DNA of 64,000 nucleotides from Veleropilina oligotropha (GCA_048128005.1 JBEUKZ010000022.1:186001-250000), one strand, 5' to 3'; positions 49,974 to 60,704 are shown, counted from the stretch's first letter. Notes: generated by a model from the sequence alone, not told the origin. Numbers and translations: made by a program.

Positions 49974-52522
49974 TGTAACAGCCACATGTTGAATAATTGT
50001 TTGTTATATATTTATCTTGAATGTGTCATTTGTCTACTAGTATAGGCTTGTATAATCACGATGTATTGATTATAATTTTTATGTATGAATATTCTTTCAA
50101 CGTATATTCGATTACACTTTCATAATAGCATTTGGTCATTGCATCTTGTTTACAAGACTTTAGCAATTGGCTTGGCCTCGAGTTTTATGTGATCAGTTAT
50201 GAAATATTCGAATATAATGATAATTTGAGTATTACGATTTCATGGTATGAAATAGTATAATTATACTGGTGGTAACGGCTTGTTTTACTTCCTGCTGGAA
50301 CTGTTTATGTAATTCCGTGAGGGAATTAGGGTCGGCTGTGTCCGGCATCGCGACCACGATCGAGCCTCTCAGATTATGCGTTTCTGAGTGAGGTGACCAC
50401 GGTGTCCGGAGTCCTTTTCGTTACGGACTTCTGTGGCGGCGACAACTACGTTCGTCAATAGAGAGTTTTCGCAAATGTCCCGTGAACGTGTACATGTAAC
50501 GTGAAAGGGGTCAATTCGCTGAGTATCCATTGACAACCAATTACACGTACAGGTTCACGTTTTACTCATTTTGGGGTTTCGCAGATCGACTTGAGGTGTA
50601 TTTATATCGGCTTCAAAAAGCAACGCACGGTCATCTATGAATTTAAATATGTTCATGTACCCTATCATATTATTAACATTATTATAAGGTATAACATTAT
50701 TTAATTATTTGGCAGTGTAGAAATATTTGATCTTTATTTTGTATATATATCAGTAGATGAGTGATTTCTACGATAGCTTGTTTCACGTTAATCGTAATCA
50801 AAAGTCTTTAAATCCATTTCCGCAAAGTGATCGTGAACGTGTGCCTCGGATGTAGGGGTAATATGCAAATATCATCATGGTGTAATCATTATTTGCTATA
50901 TGAACCCATTGACCAGAAATAGAACCGTGTAAGTTGACGTTCACGGGACCTGTAATTCGATGTATTCACGTAGGCTACTTCCAAAACATGTAACACATCG
51001 GTATTAGTAAATTGTATACACACGCACTCGCGCATACACACACAAGTACGTGCATACATAAGTTTGTGCGTATCTTCAGCTCTGTGTTAATTTTATAGCA
51101 AGTTTTAGAGTGGTTTATTTTAAAGTTTCGAATTTGGCCTAGTACCTCCGAGAGTCACAATTTTTTTAAAAGTTTGTTGTTGAAATTTTTTCATGTAAAT
51201 GATTAAATGATATACATGTACAATAATATACTTATATTAATCTGCTTAATCACAGCAATATAACAGTGTGAAAATTATAAAACATATGAGATTGTTCTCT
51301 CGTCTCTGGAATTGGTGCCCATGTAGATGTGTATCGACCCATATAATTGTTTGAAATAGTTAAATAACATTGCATGATTATTTGTTGTTTCGCTACACAG
51401 TCAATGTTTGCTTTCTAAATAATGGCACGTAGTCTTTTGAAAGTGAAGAAGTGAAATAATCTCCTAATTATTTAAAGACTTTGATATGCGTTTATCTATG
51501 CCGGTACAATAGTTATGTATATTTAATATATTAATGAACAGCACTATTGTGTATTGTTTCATGTATCCACATAACTACATTTCTTCACTGCATTTTAAAT
51601 TGTTTTCATTTTCCGAGGTTAAACTCCCCATCTCGAGAAAATACCTTTCCAGCCTCGTTCTCGACATGATTCTACACATTGCCTTGTGTTAAGAATGAAG
51701 TGCATTGTTATGTCATTAGAGCCATGAATTGCTTGATCATACATATTGGCTACCGTATTCGAATAGTGCATTCGCACAATAAGAGAATAGTAATAAAACG
51801 TATCATAAATATATCGACCAAATTGAAAGAGATGCAGATTCATTGACATTTCGAATCAGTGCGAGATGGTTATCTTGAACACAAAATATAAATCAAATAT
51901 AAATGTTTCTAATTTGTATACACGATGTAAAACATTATGAAATATCACCGGAAACATTTAGATGGGGTGATTAATGGTATAAATGTTCTGTTATCAAGTA
52001 AACCAATTAGTGTGATTTTTATTTATATTTTTTCGATTTGCGAACATAACTTTTCTTTTAAAAAATCATGGATGAAGATAATGATTTGCCTGTGTTTTTT
52101 ATGCGTTCGTCATTAATTACACGTTCGAGTCGAACGTGAACGCCAGTATTCACGGTTACCATATATAGTCTCAGCAGCTAAAGAACACAAATTGATGTAC
52201 AATCTGATCTTCGCGTTCAAGTACACGTTCGCGTTAGTTTGCGAAAACTCTCTAATAGCAGACTTGGTGACGACCTCGTCTAGATTTGCAGACAGGAGGG
52301 AACGAAACTATGCCTGTGGCGATGCTGTGTGCACTGGGGACTGGACTGCGCCAACGTATACGTGTAGCGGGCTAAGGCGATCCAACGTTGGTGTTCCTAG
52401 ATAGAGCTACGAACACTACCCCAGATCAACAGGAAGTGTTAACATGTAACTGCTGTGTTACAACCGTATTAATGGAACTATTCGAGTAGTAGTACTCATT
52501 TCAGTAATCCTACTAGCAGTAG
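49974..52522 (+). repeat. Gypsy 3' LTR (split by an insertion at 50460-52253 and cut at 52522 by the viral element)
   Basis: Starts TGTAACA after the PPT AGCAGGGGG. The match to the 5' LTR resumes after the insertion and stops at CTAGCAGTAG. Confidence 0.88.
50460..52253. mobile_element. Non-autonomous TIR DNA transposon (1794 bp), PIF/Harbinger(PHIS)-like
   Basis: Perfect 16-bp TIR AGAGAGTTTTCGCAAA / TTTGCGAAAACTCTCT and 3-bp TSD AAT, confirmed by the empty site GTCAATAGC in the 5' LTR. Internal GTGAACGTG motifs; no transposase. The superfamily is inferred from the TSD. Confidence 0.88.
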
Positions 52523-53345
52523 AGCAGCAGGGGGGGTGAGCGGACTCTAATATAGCAGGTTTTCCGGCATAAAACCAGTAGCAGCAGGGGGGGTGCTGGG
52601 AGCCTTCTTTTCCCATTCTAAAAAAGTCCAATCGCCTGTTCAGAATAAATGGGGGGGACTAAGGCGGTTTAGACTATGGGCCCACGGCCGCCGGGGAGGC
52701 TCCCAGCCCCATTTCAGAACTGAGGGGTATGTAGTACGAGCCCCCAGGGTATTTTAGAAGAATCCGGGGGGGGCGGGTCCCCGGGGGGCTCCCAGCGCCG
52801 TCCGATACTAGGGTAGCTTAGAATAGTCGGTAGGGGGGCATTTTATAAGAATGGGCCAGCGCCGTCCGAAACTAGGGTAGGTGAGAATAGTCTATTTGGG
52901 CCCCTCGGGCAATCGGTGCGAAATAACTGGTATGTTAGACGGTGTGTAGTTATACTTGAAAGCAACATGCCGCAGGAAGACATTCCTACGCTGCACGGCA
53001 AAGGGAGCTCCAGGCGCATTAGAAACCTCTTAAACACAGGCTACAACGTTTTGATTGTCGAACTCGACGACGGTGAACAGGCGGTCTTTAAGAAGAAGAC
53101 CAAAGACGGTAACAAGGGAGTTTTACACAATCACCGTCGTCCAAAGCTGTCTAGACTGTCGGCGGACCCTCTGTGATATATTAGGCGCTCATAAACACTG
53201 AAAACAGAGCCCGCCATCTCTACGGCAAAGTATTGTGCGAGTTGCAGGGACTATGGCAGTTTAGACTAGGGGGCCCCGGCCGCCAGGAAGGCTCCCAGCA
53301 ACTAGGGTAGCTTAGAATAGTCTGTTTGGGCCCCGGCCCCCCCGG
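52523..53345. repeat. Putative left terminal/subterminal repeat region of the viral element
   Basis: AGCAGCAGGGGGGGTG twice (52523, 52580). GGCTCCCAGC, GCGCCGTCCGA.ACTAGGGTAG and TTAGAATAGTC motifs recur several times and again at 62980-63035. Confidence 0.7.
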
Positions 53346-53844
53346 GCCACCCCCACGCCCATTTGAACCGAGCTGGTAGTAAGAGCCCATAGGGACTTAG
53401 GCCCGTTACCCAAGCCGGCCAGGCGTATGTTTGTATCAGTGTCGAGACGCGTTATTGCTAGCTCAACACAGAAACTGTCGACTCATCCGATGACTCAGCA
53501 CAAAAACTGTCCACGAAAAAATTTCTCGGCAACAAACTTTGTGATTTCAACAAAACGGTGACAGTTATTTTGTTGAGCTAGCTTTTTAGATAACATTTGC
53601 AAAAGCGACTAGCGATTCATAACGCCGATGGGCTAAGAATAAACGCGACCAGAAAGCTAGGGTACACAATACCATTGAGACACAGCGAGGTATTTGTACA
53701 GCAACAATACCATTGATAGACGCGGCGAGGTATTTGTAAAGCACACGCTATAACCGTGTGGTGATAGGTGCGGCAGGCTATGAATAGACGCTGGGGAACC
53801 CGGAAAATGTGTTTCAAGGCGGGGACTTCCCGAGATTGCAGCTG

Positions 53845-54255
53845 TTATATAAATATGTAGTTGCCGCTGGCTAGTGTGCAGTTGCATGCCGAGAGATGTC
53901 CGATTTGACTCCACGCACCCCTGCAGCCGGTAGATAACATTGAGAAGTAATGCCCATTTTTACCACGACATAGTGACGGCTCAGCGCATTCAATGCAAAC
54001 CACAGTATTTGGGTCGGGGGTCCCACAGTCATTCTCTCCGATAATAAAGTAGTGGCACGAGGGTGGGGATACATCAGGGGGGTCTCGTAGCAAGTTTCTT
54101 CGCAAGGGGTCAAATCTGATGTTGTACCTGGGGTGGGTCCGGTACCTGGCCCATGTGTGTTCGAGAATGAGTGCTGTGTTGTGTGTCGACGCGCCCTGGC
54201 GGGTGGCACCCGCGGCAAAGCACACCGCGACAATACACAGTAGCATGGATTTCAT
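53845..54255 (-). CDS. Secreted cysteine-rich protein (signal peptide, 8-Cys C-terminal domain)
   Basis: MKSMLLCIVAVCFAAGA signal-like start; all 8 Cys are conserved in the paralog at 63214-63648. Confidence 0.8.
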   Translation of the reverse strand: MKSMLLCIVAVCFAAGATRQGASTHNTALILEHTWARYRTHPRYNIRFDPLRRNLLRDPPDVSPPSCHYFIIGENDCGTPDPNTVVCIECAEPSLCRGKNGHYFSMLSTGCRGAWSQIGHLSACNCTLASGNYIFI

Positions 54256-54286
54256 GGCTGTCCAGATATCACTGTCTGAGTTCGAG

Positions 54287-54300
54287 CTTTAATACGGGGG
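54287..54300 (-). promoter_or_regulatory. Candidate TATA-like promoter element CCCCCGTATTAAAG
   Basis: It lies about 30-45 nt upstream of the ATG of the Cys-rich gene and is conserved at 63677-63690 in copy 2, although the flanks diverge. Confidence 0.5.
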
Positions 54301-54342
54301 AGGGGGGGCCCGGGAAGTCGTGGCTACGATCGACCTGAATGG

Positions 54343-54984
54343 TTAATCTCCAGCTCCGATTTTTTTCAGCAGCTCCGCACGTCCCTCTTTACGACCACGG
54401 GCAATAAGCTCGCTTTGGGTCTGTGAAACCGCGGTGTGCGCCTTTAGACTTTTGAGGCGAACCGTGGCCTTCATTGTCCGATATTTGGCCATCTCGTCTG
54501 TGACCAGTTTGAATTCTTCATCAGACATCTCCCCGTCCGATAAGGCCTTTGAGACGTGGTCGCTGATGGTGTTCAGCTTGCTTTCGGCCAGTGCTCGAAT
54601 CTCGTTGTGCTTCTTAGCCTTCACTTGGAGGCGGCGGCTAATGTATTTCCCACCCATACTTTCGAGCCCACACCCCAACGCCGCTAATTCGAGCACTAGG
54701 ACAACAGGTGCCGCAACGATTGTGGACAGTAGACCAATGCCGGCGCTACCCATACCAAGGGTGGCAACGACAAGGGCCGAATCAATCCTGTCAACGACAT
54801 TCACGCCTCTTCGGTACTTCTTGTACAGGGCAGCCCTTGTGTCCCTCTCTCTTTCTAGCTGTCCCTGAAGCTCATTCACCTTCTGTAGTCGGAAAGACTG
54901 TGCCTCCGGCAGTTCCGAAAGAACATCGCCAGGCCTACCACCAAGTTGTGGGTACAGCGTTGGTGCTGAGGGTGTGTTGTCCAT
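54343..54984 (-). CDS. Viral membrane protein: coiled coil, Gly/Ala-rich hydrophobic hairpin, EF-hand-like acidic motif
   Basis: 213 aa; hydrophobic ALVVATLGMGSAGIGLLSTIVAAPVVLVLELAALG; DGEMSDEEF; conserved paralog at 63726. Confidence 0.8.
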   Translation of the reverse strand: MDNTPSAPTLYPQLGGRPGDVLSELPEAQSFRLQKVNELQGQLERERDTRAALYKKYRRGVNVVDRIDSALVVATLGMGSAGIGLLSTIVAAPVVLVLELAALGCGLESMGGKYISRRLQVKAKKHNEIRALAESKLNTISDHVSKALSDGEMSDEEFKLVTDEMAKYRTMKATVRLKSLKAHTAVSQTQSELIARGRKEGRAELLKKIGAGD

Positions 54985-55331
54985 TATTCGTGGCTGTATT
55001 GTTCAGCCTGTTGAATCCGAATGTCTACCGTACCGTTCAAATAGAGGGTGTTCACCCAGGGGGCCTTGAGGGCAAAGGCAAGGGTCAACTTGTCCGAATC
55101 CAGGCCAAGTTTATTTATGGAACATGCCTTGGGGCTGCCCCCGGCCGGCTGGACCGGTGTCATGTGGATCATTAGAAGGGCTGGGTTCAACCCAAATCGA
55201 CCTCCAGCGTTTGGGATCATAAACTCCCTCCTCGCCAGCCCCTTCTTGGGCGCTTCCCCACAACTAAGAACAAAGTGCCACTGGGTCGCTGAAGGCTCTT
55301 CTGCGAGAAGGGTCCCATAGATGCTGCTCAT
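54984..55331 (-). CDS. Hypothetical viral protein (115 aa)
   Basis: Fits exactly between its neighbours with ATGA and TAATG stop/start overlaps. Confidence 0.65.
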   Translation of the reverse strand: MSSIYGTLLAEEPSATQWHFVLSCGEAPKKGLARREFMIPNAGGRFGLNPALLMIHMTPVQPAGGSPKACSINKLGLDSDKLTLAFALKAPWVNTLYLNGTVDIRIQQAEQYSHE

Positions 55332-56041
55332 CGTATGTCAAGGACAGCGGATATCGGCATACCGTGATTGTCGAGCGGGTTACCATCTGAGTCTGTAACA
55401 TACACCTTCAATTCCGTGAGTAGCCCCGCCTGCAGTCGCCGGAAGTCTGGATACCTATGATAGTGGGCAGCTTCACCAAACATCTGCGACGTTATAGGGA
55501 CCACCGCGAGAATATTGCTCGGGGCGCCATCCTTCACATTGTGTGTTGTACTGAGCTGCTCCAGATGAACGTGTAGGGTCGCTGCAATGGCAAACCCAAC
55601 AGGCTTGTTCCCGTCATAAGTCCCGGGGCGTAGCCACCCTGAAAGGTTGAAGCCGACAGGCTTGTTCCCGTCATAAGTCCCGGGGCGTAGCCACCCTGAA
55701 AGGTTGAAGCCGAGGAGCTTCAGTATATCGTCGCTTATCGCGAGTTGAGTCCCCTCTGGGACAACGAGTTGCGCGAGTCCGGTAGCATGGCATACCTCGA
55801 GCCGCATATTAGCTAGGGACCTCTTCATCGTCTTGGCGAGGTAATCGAAGCTGTAGAACCCTGGTGCAACCTCCACCGTGGTATCGGGGGTCTTAAAGAA
55901 GGCTCCAGCATGCACGTTATGCCAGCCGACCCAGTAGTCGAGCGAGCGCAGGCCGACGCATAGCTTGCCTTCCCGGTTATCTATCGGTTGCAGGAGGGCA
56001 ACCGCGGTCCCCTCTTGAACACTCGTTACCGTGTGGAACAT
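55328..56041 (-). CDS. Putative minor capsid protein (penton, single jelly roll)
   Basis: Polinton-penton-like pattern PGFYS...LKLLGF...LHVHL...SNILAVVP...FRRL...ELKVYVTDSDGNPLD...AVLDIR; beta-rich; contains a 57-bp in-frame duplication. Confidence 0.72.
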   Translation of the reverse strand: MFHTVTSVQEGTAVALLQPIDNREGKLCVGLRSLDYWVGWHNVHAGAFFKTPDTTVEVAPGFYSFDYLAKTMKRSLANMRLEVCHATGLAQLVVPEGTQLAISDDILKLLGFNLSGWLRPGTYDGNKPVGFNLSGWLRPGTYDGNKPVGFAIAATLHVHLEQLSTTHNVKDGAPSNILAVVPITSQMFGEAAHYHRYPDFRRLQAGLLTELKVYVTDSDGNPLDNHGMPISAVLDIR

Positions 56042-56045
56042 AGCT

Positions 56046-57340
56046 ATGGCTCTTAGCCCCTTTGCGTTTAATGGGAGTGCGGCCTATCCGACCGGTGTGG
56101 TGTACCCGGCAAAGATCCAAGATGAGCAGCTTACAAAACCAAGCGTCGTTGTCTCCTCATCTGAATCTCCGGCATTCGGGGCAGACTACCCCGACGTCTT
56201 CCAAAAATACCGCCTCCCTCACGTTGCGAGTGACCGGCTACTGCGGGATTGGGACAGCACGCCCATGCGGTTTTGGCAGAACAAGGTCAACTTCGCAGTC
56301 TGGTGTGCTACCACAGGTTCCGGGGTATCCGCAGAAGACCACTTGAATGCCACCGACCCCCTCTCCAGAGCCGTATTCACCTTCCACGTCTACTATCAGG
56401 TCAGAAGGATCTTGTCCGAAATTCAGGCGCCGCTGCCGCAAGACACGACATGGGATGCATTCGACACCCCGTATGACCGCAGGGCATATGAGAACATCTG
56501 CAGCGAATTTGGGGTGTCGGCAAACACCGACTGGCGAGTCGAGGGTCCCAATAAAGGGCTCGGCACCGCTTTCAGCTACTGGACAAACAACGGCTACCAC
56601 CCCATCGGACGTGAGTTCGATTCCAGTCGAATGTCCTTCACCAAAGGTACGACAAACACGAATCTGCACATGGACTACATCGCACAAGCGCCTGCGCTTT
56701 CAAACGGCTGGGCTTCGTTCATTCTGGACAACTCGGCGGGATTTACGAGGGCCGGCGTGGAGAGGCTCAATGATTCCATCAGGACCTACGTCTGGGCGAT
56801 TCTTGGGGCGCAGGCTCAAATGCGTGCAAGCATTCTGGGTAGTGGGACGGCGTTTGATGCGCAGAAACAGTTCCTGGCAAACGTGGAAGACGCCATCGCG
56901 TCTTCAGTTGATCTGCCATCAGCCATCAAACGGTACCAGGAGGTGCTACAGTATGAGCGGTCCAAGGTGGACTACGTCTTTGGCGTTGGCCTGTATATGT
57001 CGCCAAGTGACATGCTCCTACGGATCGGGCAGGTGGCAGGGTATAACAACAAGATCGTCGTGGCCACGCAAGACCAGACACTAGGTCTTAATACAACCGT
57101 CAACACGGCCAGTGTGCCGCCCCCCCCCCCAACGCCACTGGGGAGACTGGAGAAAAAGGACTGGTCATTCCACAAGACGCAGTCTTATGGGCAGATGCTC
57201 CGCAGCATCCAAACGATGAGGCAGCAGCTGTTCCAGCGGCCCCCCGGGCTGGAACACATGAGGAGGAGAAAACCGCACTCATCGTGGGTGGCGTCGTCGT
57301 TGGCCTAATGTTCATTTGGCTGGCTTCACCCACTGGCTAG
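56046..57340 (+). CDS. Conserved-looking viral protein (about 430 aa) with C-terminal TM anchor; one frameshift at the C-run 57120-57130
   Basis: Long ORF from ATG 56046. The alternative frame after the C-run reads NATGETGEK...HEEEKTALIVGGVVVGLMFIWLASPTG* (stop 57338-57340). Confidence 0.72.
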
Positions 57341-58590
57341 CGGCCATAAGAAGCAAGCCCCCAACAGAAATAATCATGGCCCACATGTTTTCAGCAAGCC
57401 ACGACGCTGTCTTGCCGACCAGGTTAATCAGCCAGGAAATCAGGCTTCCAATCATGCCTGGGAGTGCCGCTGCCACCTTCCCTGCTAGTTTGCCCAGAAT
57501 CCGACCCAAGTTCCGCAGGTGTTTATTTACCCACTCCTTCATGCCTTGACCACTGGAAGGTGGTGGTGGTGGTGAGATGCTCGGCGCTCCGCCTGTTAGG
57601 GCTAGTACCAAAGTCGAGATGGCCATGCCAATCGCGGTCAGTATAGTCACGATCGTGCCCCCCTGCTCGCGGAACAGGGTCCGGATGCGCTCGGCCAGCG
57701 TTGTGTCTGAGTGGAGAATCCGACTTATCATCTCTCGGATCCGGCAATTTGAGAGCAAAGGGCATCCCGGCTGGACGAGGCTGCCTCTAGGCGAGCTGCT
57801 CGTTCATCATTTAGGCCGTGCAGACGTTCAGCGATTCGTCGACGAACGAACTCCTCCACACCCCCTTCATCTGCCTGATCGAGCTTCCTCTTCTCCAGCT
57901 CTATGTGTTCGTCCAGCGCCGTCAGTTTGGCCAGGTTGTTCGTGAGCTCACCTCGGATTGTCTGCATTGACTTGTCGAGCCCGCGAAGCTCACGAAGATT
58001 CAGTGGCGGGTCCCCCATCGTGCTCAAGATCTCATCAACCTCGGCGTCTGTGAACGTCGTCTCCATTGTGTGGATTGCAGATGCCGCATCTGTAGCGGTC
58101 TGCCCCAAGTCCCGCAGTTCTACGGTGTCTACATTGGCGGCCGCACCGCTCAACTCACTGTCGGCTGTCTGAAAAGCTGCGACGGCTTTTGAGGACGGCT
58201 TCTTCTGTCCCCCCCCCGCTTCCAGTCTACGAAACCCAACCCATCTCTGATGGCTTTACCCCCATCTTTCCGGCCAGCGATTGTTGTCAATGCCAGGGGT
58301 TTACCGGTGCTAGAATGTATGAGATCGATGAGTGGATAGGCCTTCAGCTGCAAACGCCCCCCTACGTATTCGAACATGGCATAATCACGCCCCGTGGCCG
58401 GGGTTTGCCCCTCCTCCGACAGGGCATTGTAATAGGCATCCACCACTGACTGAACGAGCTCTTGCCGAAGACCGCTGGTTCCTTCCTGTGGTGCCAGAGG
58501 CACAAACCCGTCTGTGGATTGTGCCGGCACTGTCACATCCTCATCGTCGATGATGTCGGGCTCGAACACGGGGTTCTCGAATTCCGCCAT
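57312..58590 (-). pseudogene. Single coiled-coil viral protein with C-terminal hydrophobic helices, split by two frameshifts (about 58210 and 57747)
   Basis: Three ORF-track pieces join into MAEFENPVF...GQKKPSSKAVAAFQTADSELSGAAANVD...RIREMISRILHSDTTLAERIRTLFREQG-TM-...AALPGMIGSLISWL...TM. Confidence 0.75.
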
Positions 58591-58641
58591 TTGAATAAAA
58601 CCAGCTGGATACGCATCTAATTCAGCCATAGCGACAACAAC

Positions 58642-59946
58642 ATGGCCAGCATATACGGATGCAAGCTTGATCCATACCGCAGACTTCGAGAGCCTCTTGG
58701 GGTCAAGGGTACCCGCCAGTCGGTCACTATTACAAACAACCCATCCACTATTGCCGCCAACCAACAACTGCTGGTTCGGTTCCCAAATCTCGGGGCTCAT
58801 GACGTGTACGTTCCAGGGACTGCGTTCCTGGCCTTTACCATCTCGCTGACCTCAGCTAACCCGAACAGGACCGTAGTTAAGAACATTGGCCGTGCCGTGA
58901 TCAAGAAAACCACGATCAAGATTAGTGGCAACGAGATCATGTCGATCGACGACTCCGACGTGTATCACTGCTACTGCGATCTCTGGAAGACACCCCAGGA
59001 ATGCAATAGCGCCCACTACCAGGGGATTGATACCAGCGATGGACAAAACACTACGAAGCATCGTGTTGGTGCGAAGGACGCCTTCCGAGTTTCTGAGGAT
59101 GTGGCCATCTCGGTCGCTTACGGTCCTCGATTCCGCATCCCGCTGGACTTCGAATTGCTGGAAAGCCACATGCCCTTCTATCAGAGTGCGTTTGGGGACA
59201 GTCTTGAGTACGAACTCACGTTAAATGATCACTCAAGGACGATCAAGGACACGGATGACCCCGGCTCCAGCTACCAAATCGACAATATCAGCATGGAATA
59301 TGACATGGTCACCCAGGCAGACCTGGCCAGGCTGATCCGCAACCAGTACTCGGACCGCCTCGCCATCCTCTACGACCGTGTGCTCCGGCATCGCAAGCTC
59401 ACCAGGGACAAGAGCGACACCTTGTGGAATCTGAACCTGAACGTGCCGGCGAGGTCCATGAAAGGTATCCTACTGCTGTTTGAGGACCCCGCGAGAGACG
59501 CAGCACCATTCGCGGGGGACACCGAGGCATTTTACAACCCGAAAATCACAAAGGTCGAGGTCACCATTGAGGGGGTCCCGAATCAACTCTACAGCCAGGG
59601 CATGCGTTCCTACCAGGTGTGGGACAAAGCCAGGAAACTGTTCGCCTCCAACCTGATCAGCAAGCGGCATCCTGAGGTGGCGTTGGTTGCCAAGGATTTG
59701 GAACTGGCAGACGTCACCCTGGGCGAGTTCTTGACCAAAAAATACGCATTATGGATAGACATGCGGGCAACCGACGACGATCAGCTGCACGGGTCAGGCC
59801 AGAAGGTAGAGAACGCCAGCGAGGGTATCACCATCCAGATCACTAAAACAGGCGAGGGAGCCGGCCCGTTGAACATTTACCTGTACGTGATAATGGACGC
59901 CCAGCTGAATATCCAGGATGGACGTTTCGTCGCTGCGCTGTATTAG
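58642..59946 (+). CDS. Putative major capsid protein (double jelly roll)
   Basis: Intact 434-aa beta-rich ORF (FRIPLDF, LEYELTL, ITKVEVTIEG, YALWIDMR, ITIQIT, IYLYVIMDAQLNI) immediately upstream of the packaging ATPase. The fold is inferred from size, pattern and context. Confidence 0.78.
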   Translation: MASIYGCKLDPYRRLREPLGVKGTRQSVTITNNPSTIAANQQLLVRFPNLGAHDVYVPGTAFLAFTISLTSANPNRTVVKNIGRAVIKKTTIKISGNEIMSIDDSDVYHCYCDLWKTPQECNSAHYQGIDTSDGQNTTKHRVGAKDAFRVSEDVAISVAYGPRFRIPLDFELLESHMPFYQSAFGDSLEYELTLNDHSRTIKDTDDPGSSYQIDNISMEYDMVTQADLARLIRNQYSDRLAILYDRVLRHRKLTRDKSDTLWNLNLNVPARSMKGILLLFEDPARDAAPFAGDTEAFYNPKITKVEVTIEGVPNQLYSQGMRSYQVWDKARKLFASNLISKRHPEVALVAKDLELADVTLGEFLTKKYALWIDMRATDDDQLHGSGQKVENASEGITIQITKTGEGAGPLNIYLYVIMDAQLNIQDGRFVAALY

Positions 59947-60551
59947 GCAGTTCCCGCACCCCACCACCCCCCACTCCGCGATCATCTGCGGCCAGACTGG
60001 CTGTGGAAAGACGGTTTTCATGATTGAACTGTTGAAAGGGGTCTATCGAGGGGTGTACAGGCACATCGTAATCCTCTGCCCCAGGATCAAGCACAACAAA
60101 GCCTACCAGTCCTGTCCGTGGATCTGGACCGACCCTGAGGTATATATAATCCCCCCCAGGTGAGCGACTCCATGACTGGTTGCGGGGGTTCTACCGGCTT
60201 TTCCAGGGGGAGTCGACCCTCTACATCCTCGACGACTGCGCGGCCAGCAAGGCCCTTGCTAAGAGACGGGACATGTTGACTGAGCTGGCCTTTAGCGGGA
60301 GGCATGCCTCCCAGAGTGTATGGGTGGTGACGCAGAAGTACAACTCGGTCCTGAAGGAGCTCCGCGAACAGACCCGCTGGGTCGCGCTGTTTCATTGCAA
60401 GGACCGCGACAGCTTCGAAGACTGTCTTCGCAAAAATGATGTAATCGACTCGCAGGATGAGAGAACCGCGGTGCGCCGGCTGTTGGCCGAGACCCGACAC
60501 GCCAAGCTTCTGTTGAAAACTGACCAGCCCGTTGCTTATAGTGTGCTGTAG
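59918..60551 (+). CDS. A32/FtsK-HerA-type genome packaging ATPase; +1 frameshift in the C7 run 60151-60157
   Basis: Walker A GQTGCGKT, Walker B LYILDD, arginine motif SGRH and VTQ. Deleting one C gives IPPGERLHDWLRGFY, which joins the two ORFs. Confidence 0.88.
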
Positions 60552-60704
60552 CATCTACTAGGCATCTACCAGGCATCTACTGAGCAAGCTCTCGCATGTC
60601 GGACGCTGTATACATATTCTGTGCTTGCAGCCAGGGCCTGCTGTTGCTGCTGCAGGTAGAATTGTGGTCCTGACTGTACTACGGTTATATTAGAACGCCT
60701 AAGG

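Larger units (their letters stand above)
43498..52522 (+). mobile_element. Decayed Gmr1-like Ty3/Gypsy LTR retrotransposon with nested insertions
   Basis: Paired LTR homology (43498-44039 vs 50183-50459 plus 52257-52522), PBS, PPT, and gag-PR-INT-RT-RH order. Confidence 0.92.

Noticed and set aside
52916..53176. Small plus-strand ORF in the terminal region
   Set aside because: Short, no motif, and not present at the equivalent position in copy 2; not supportable.
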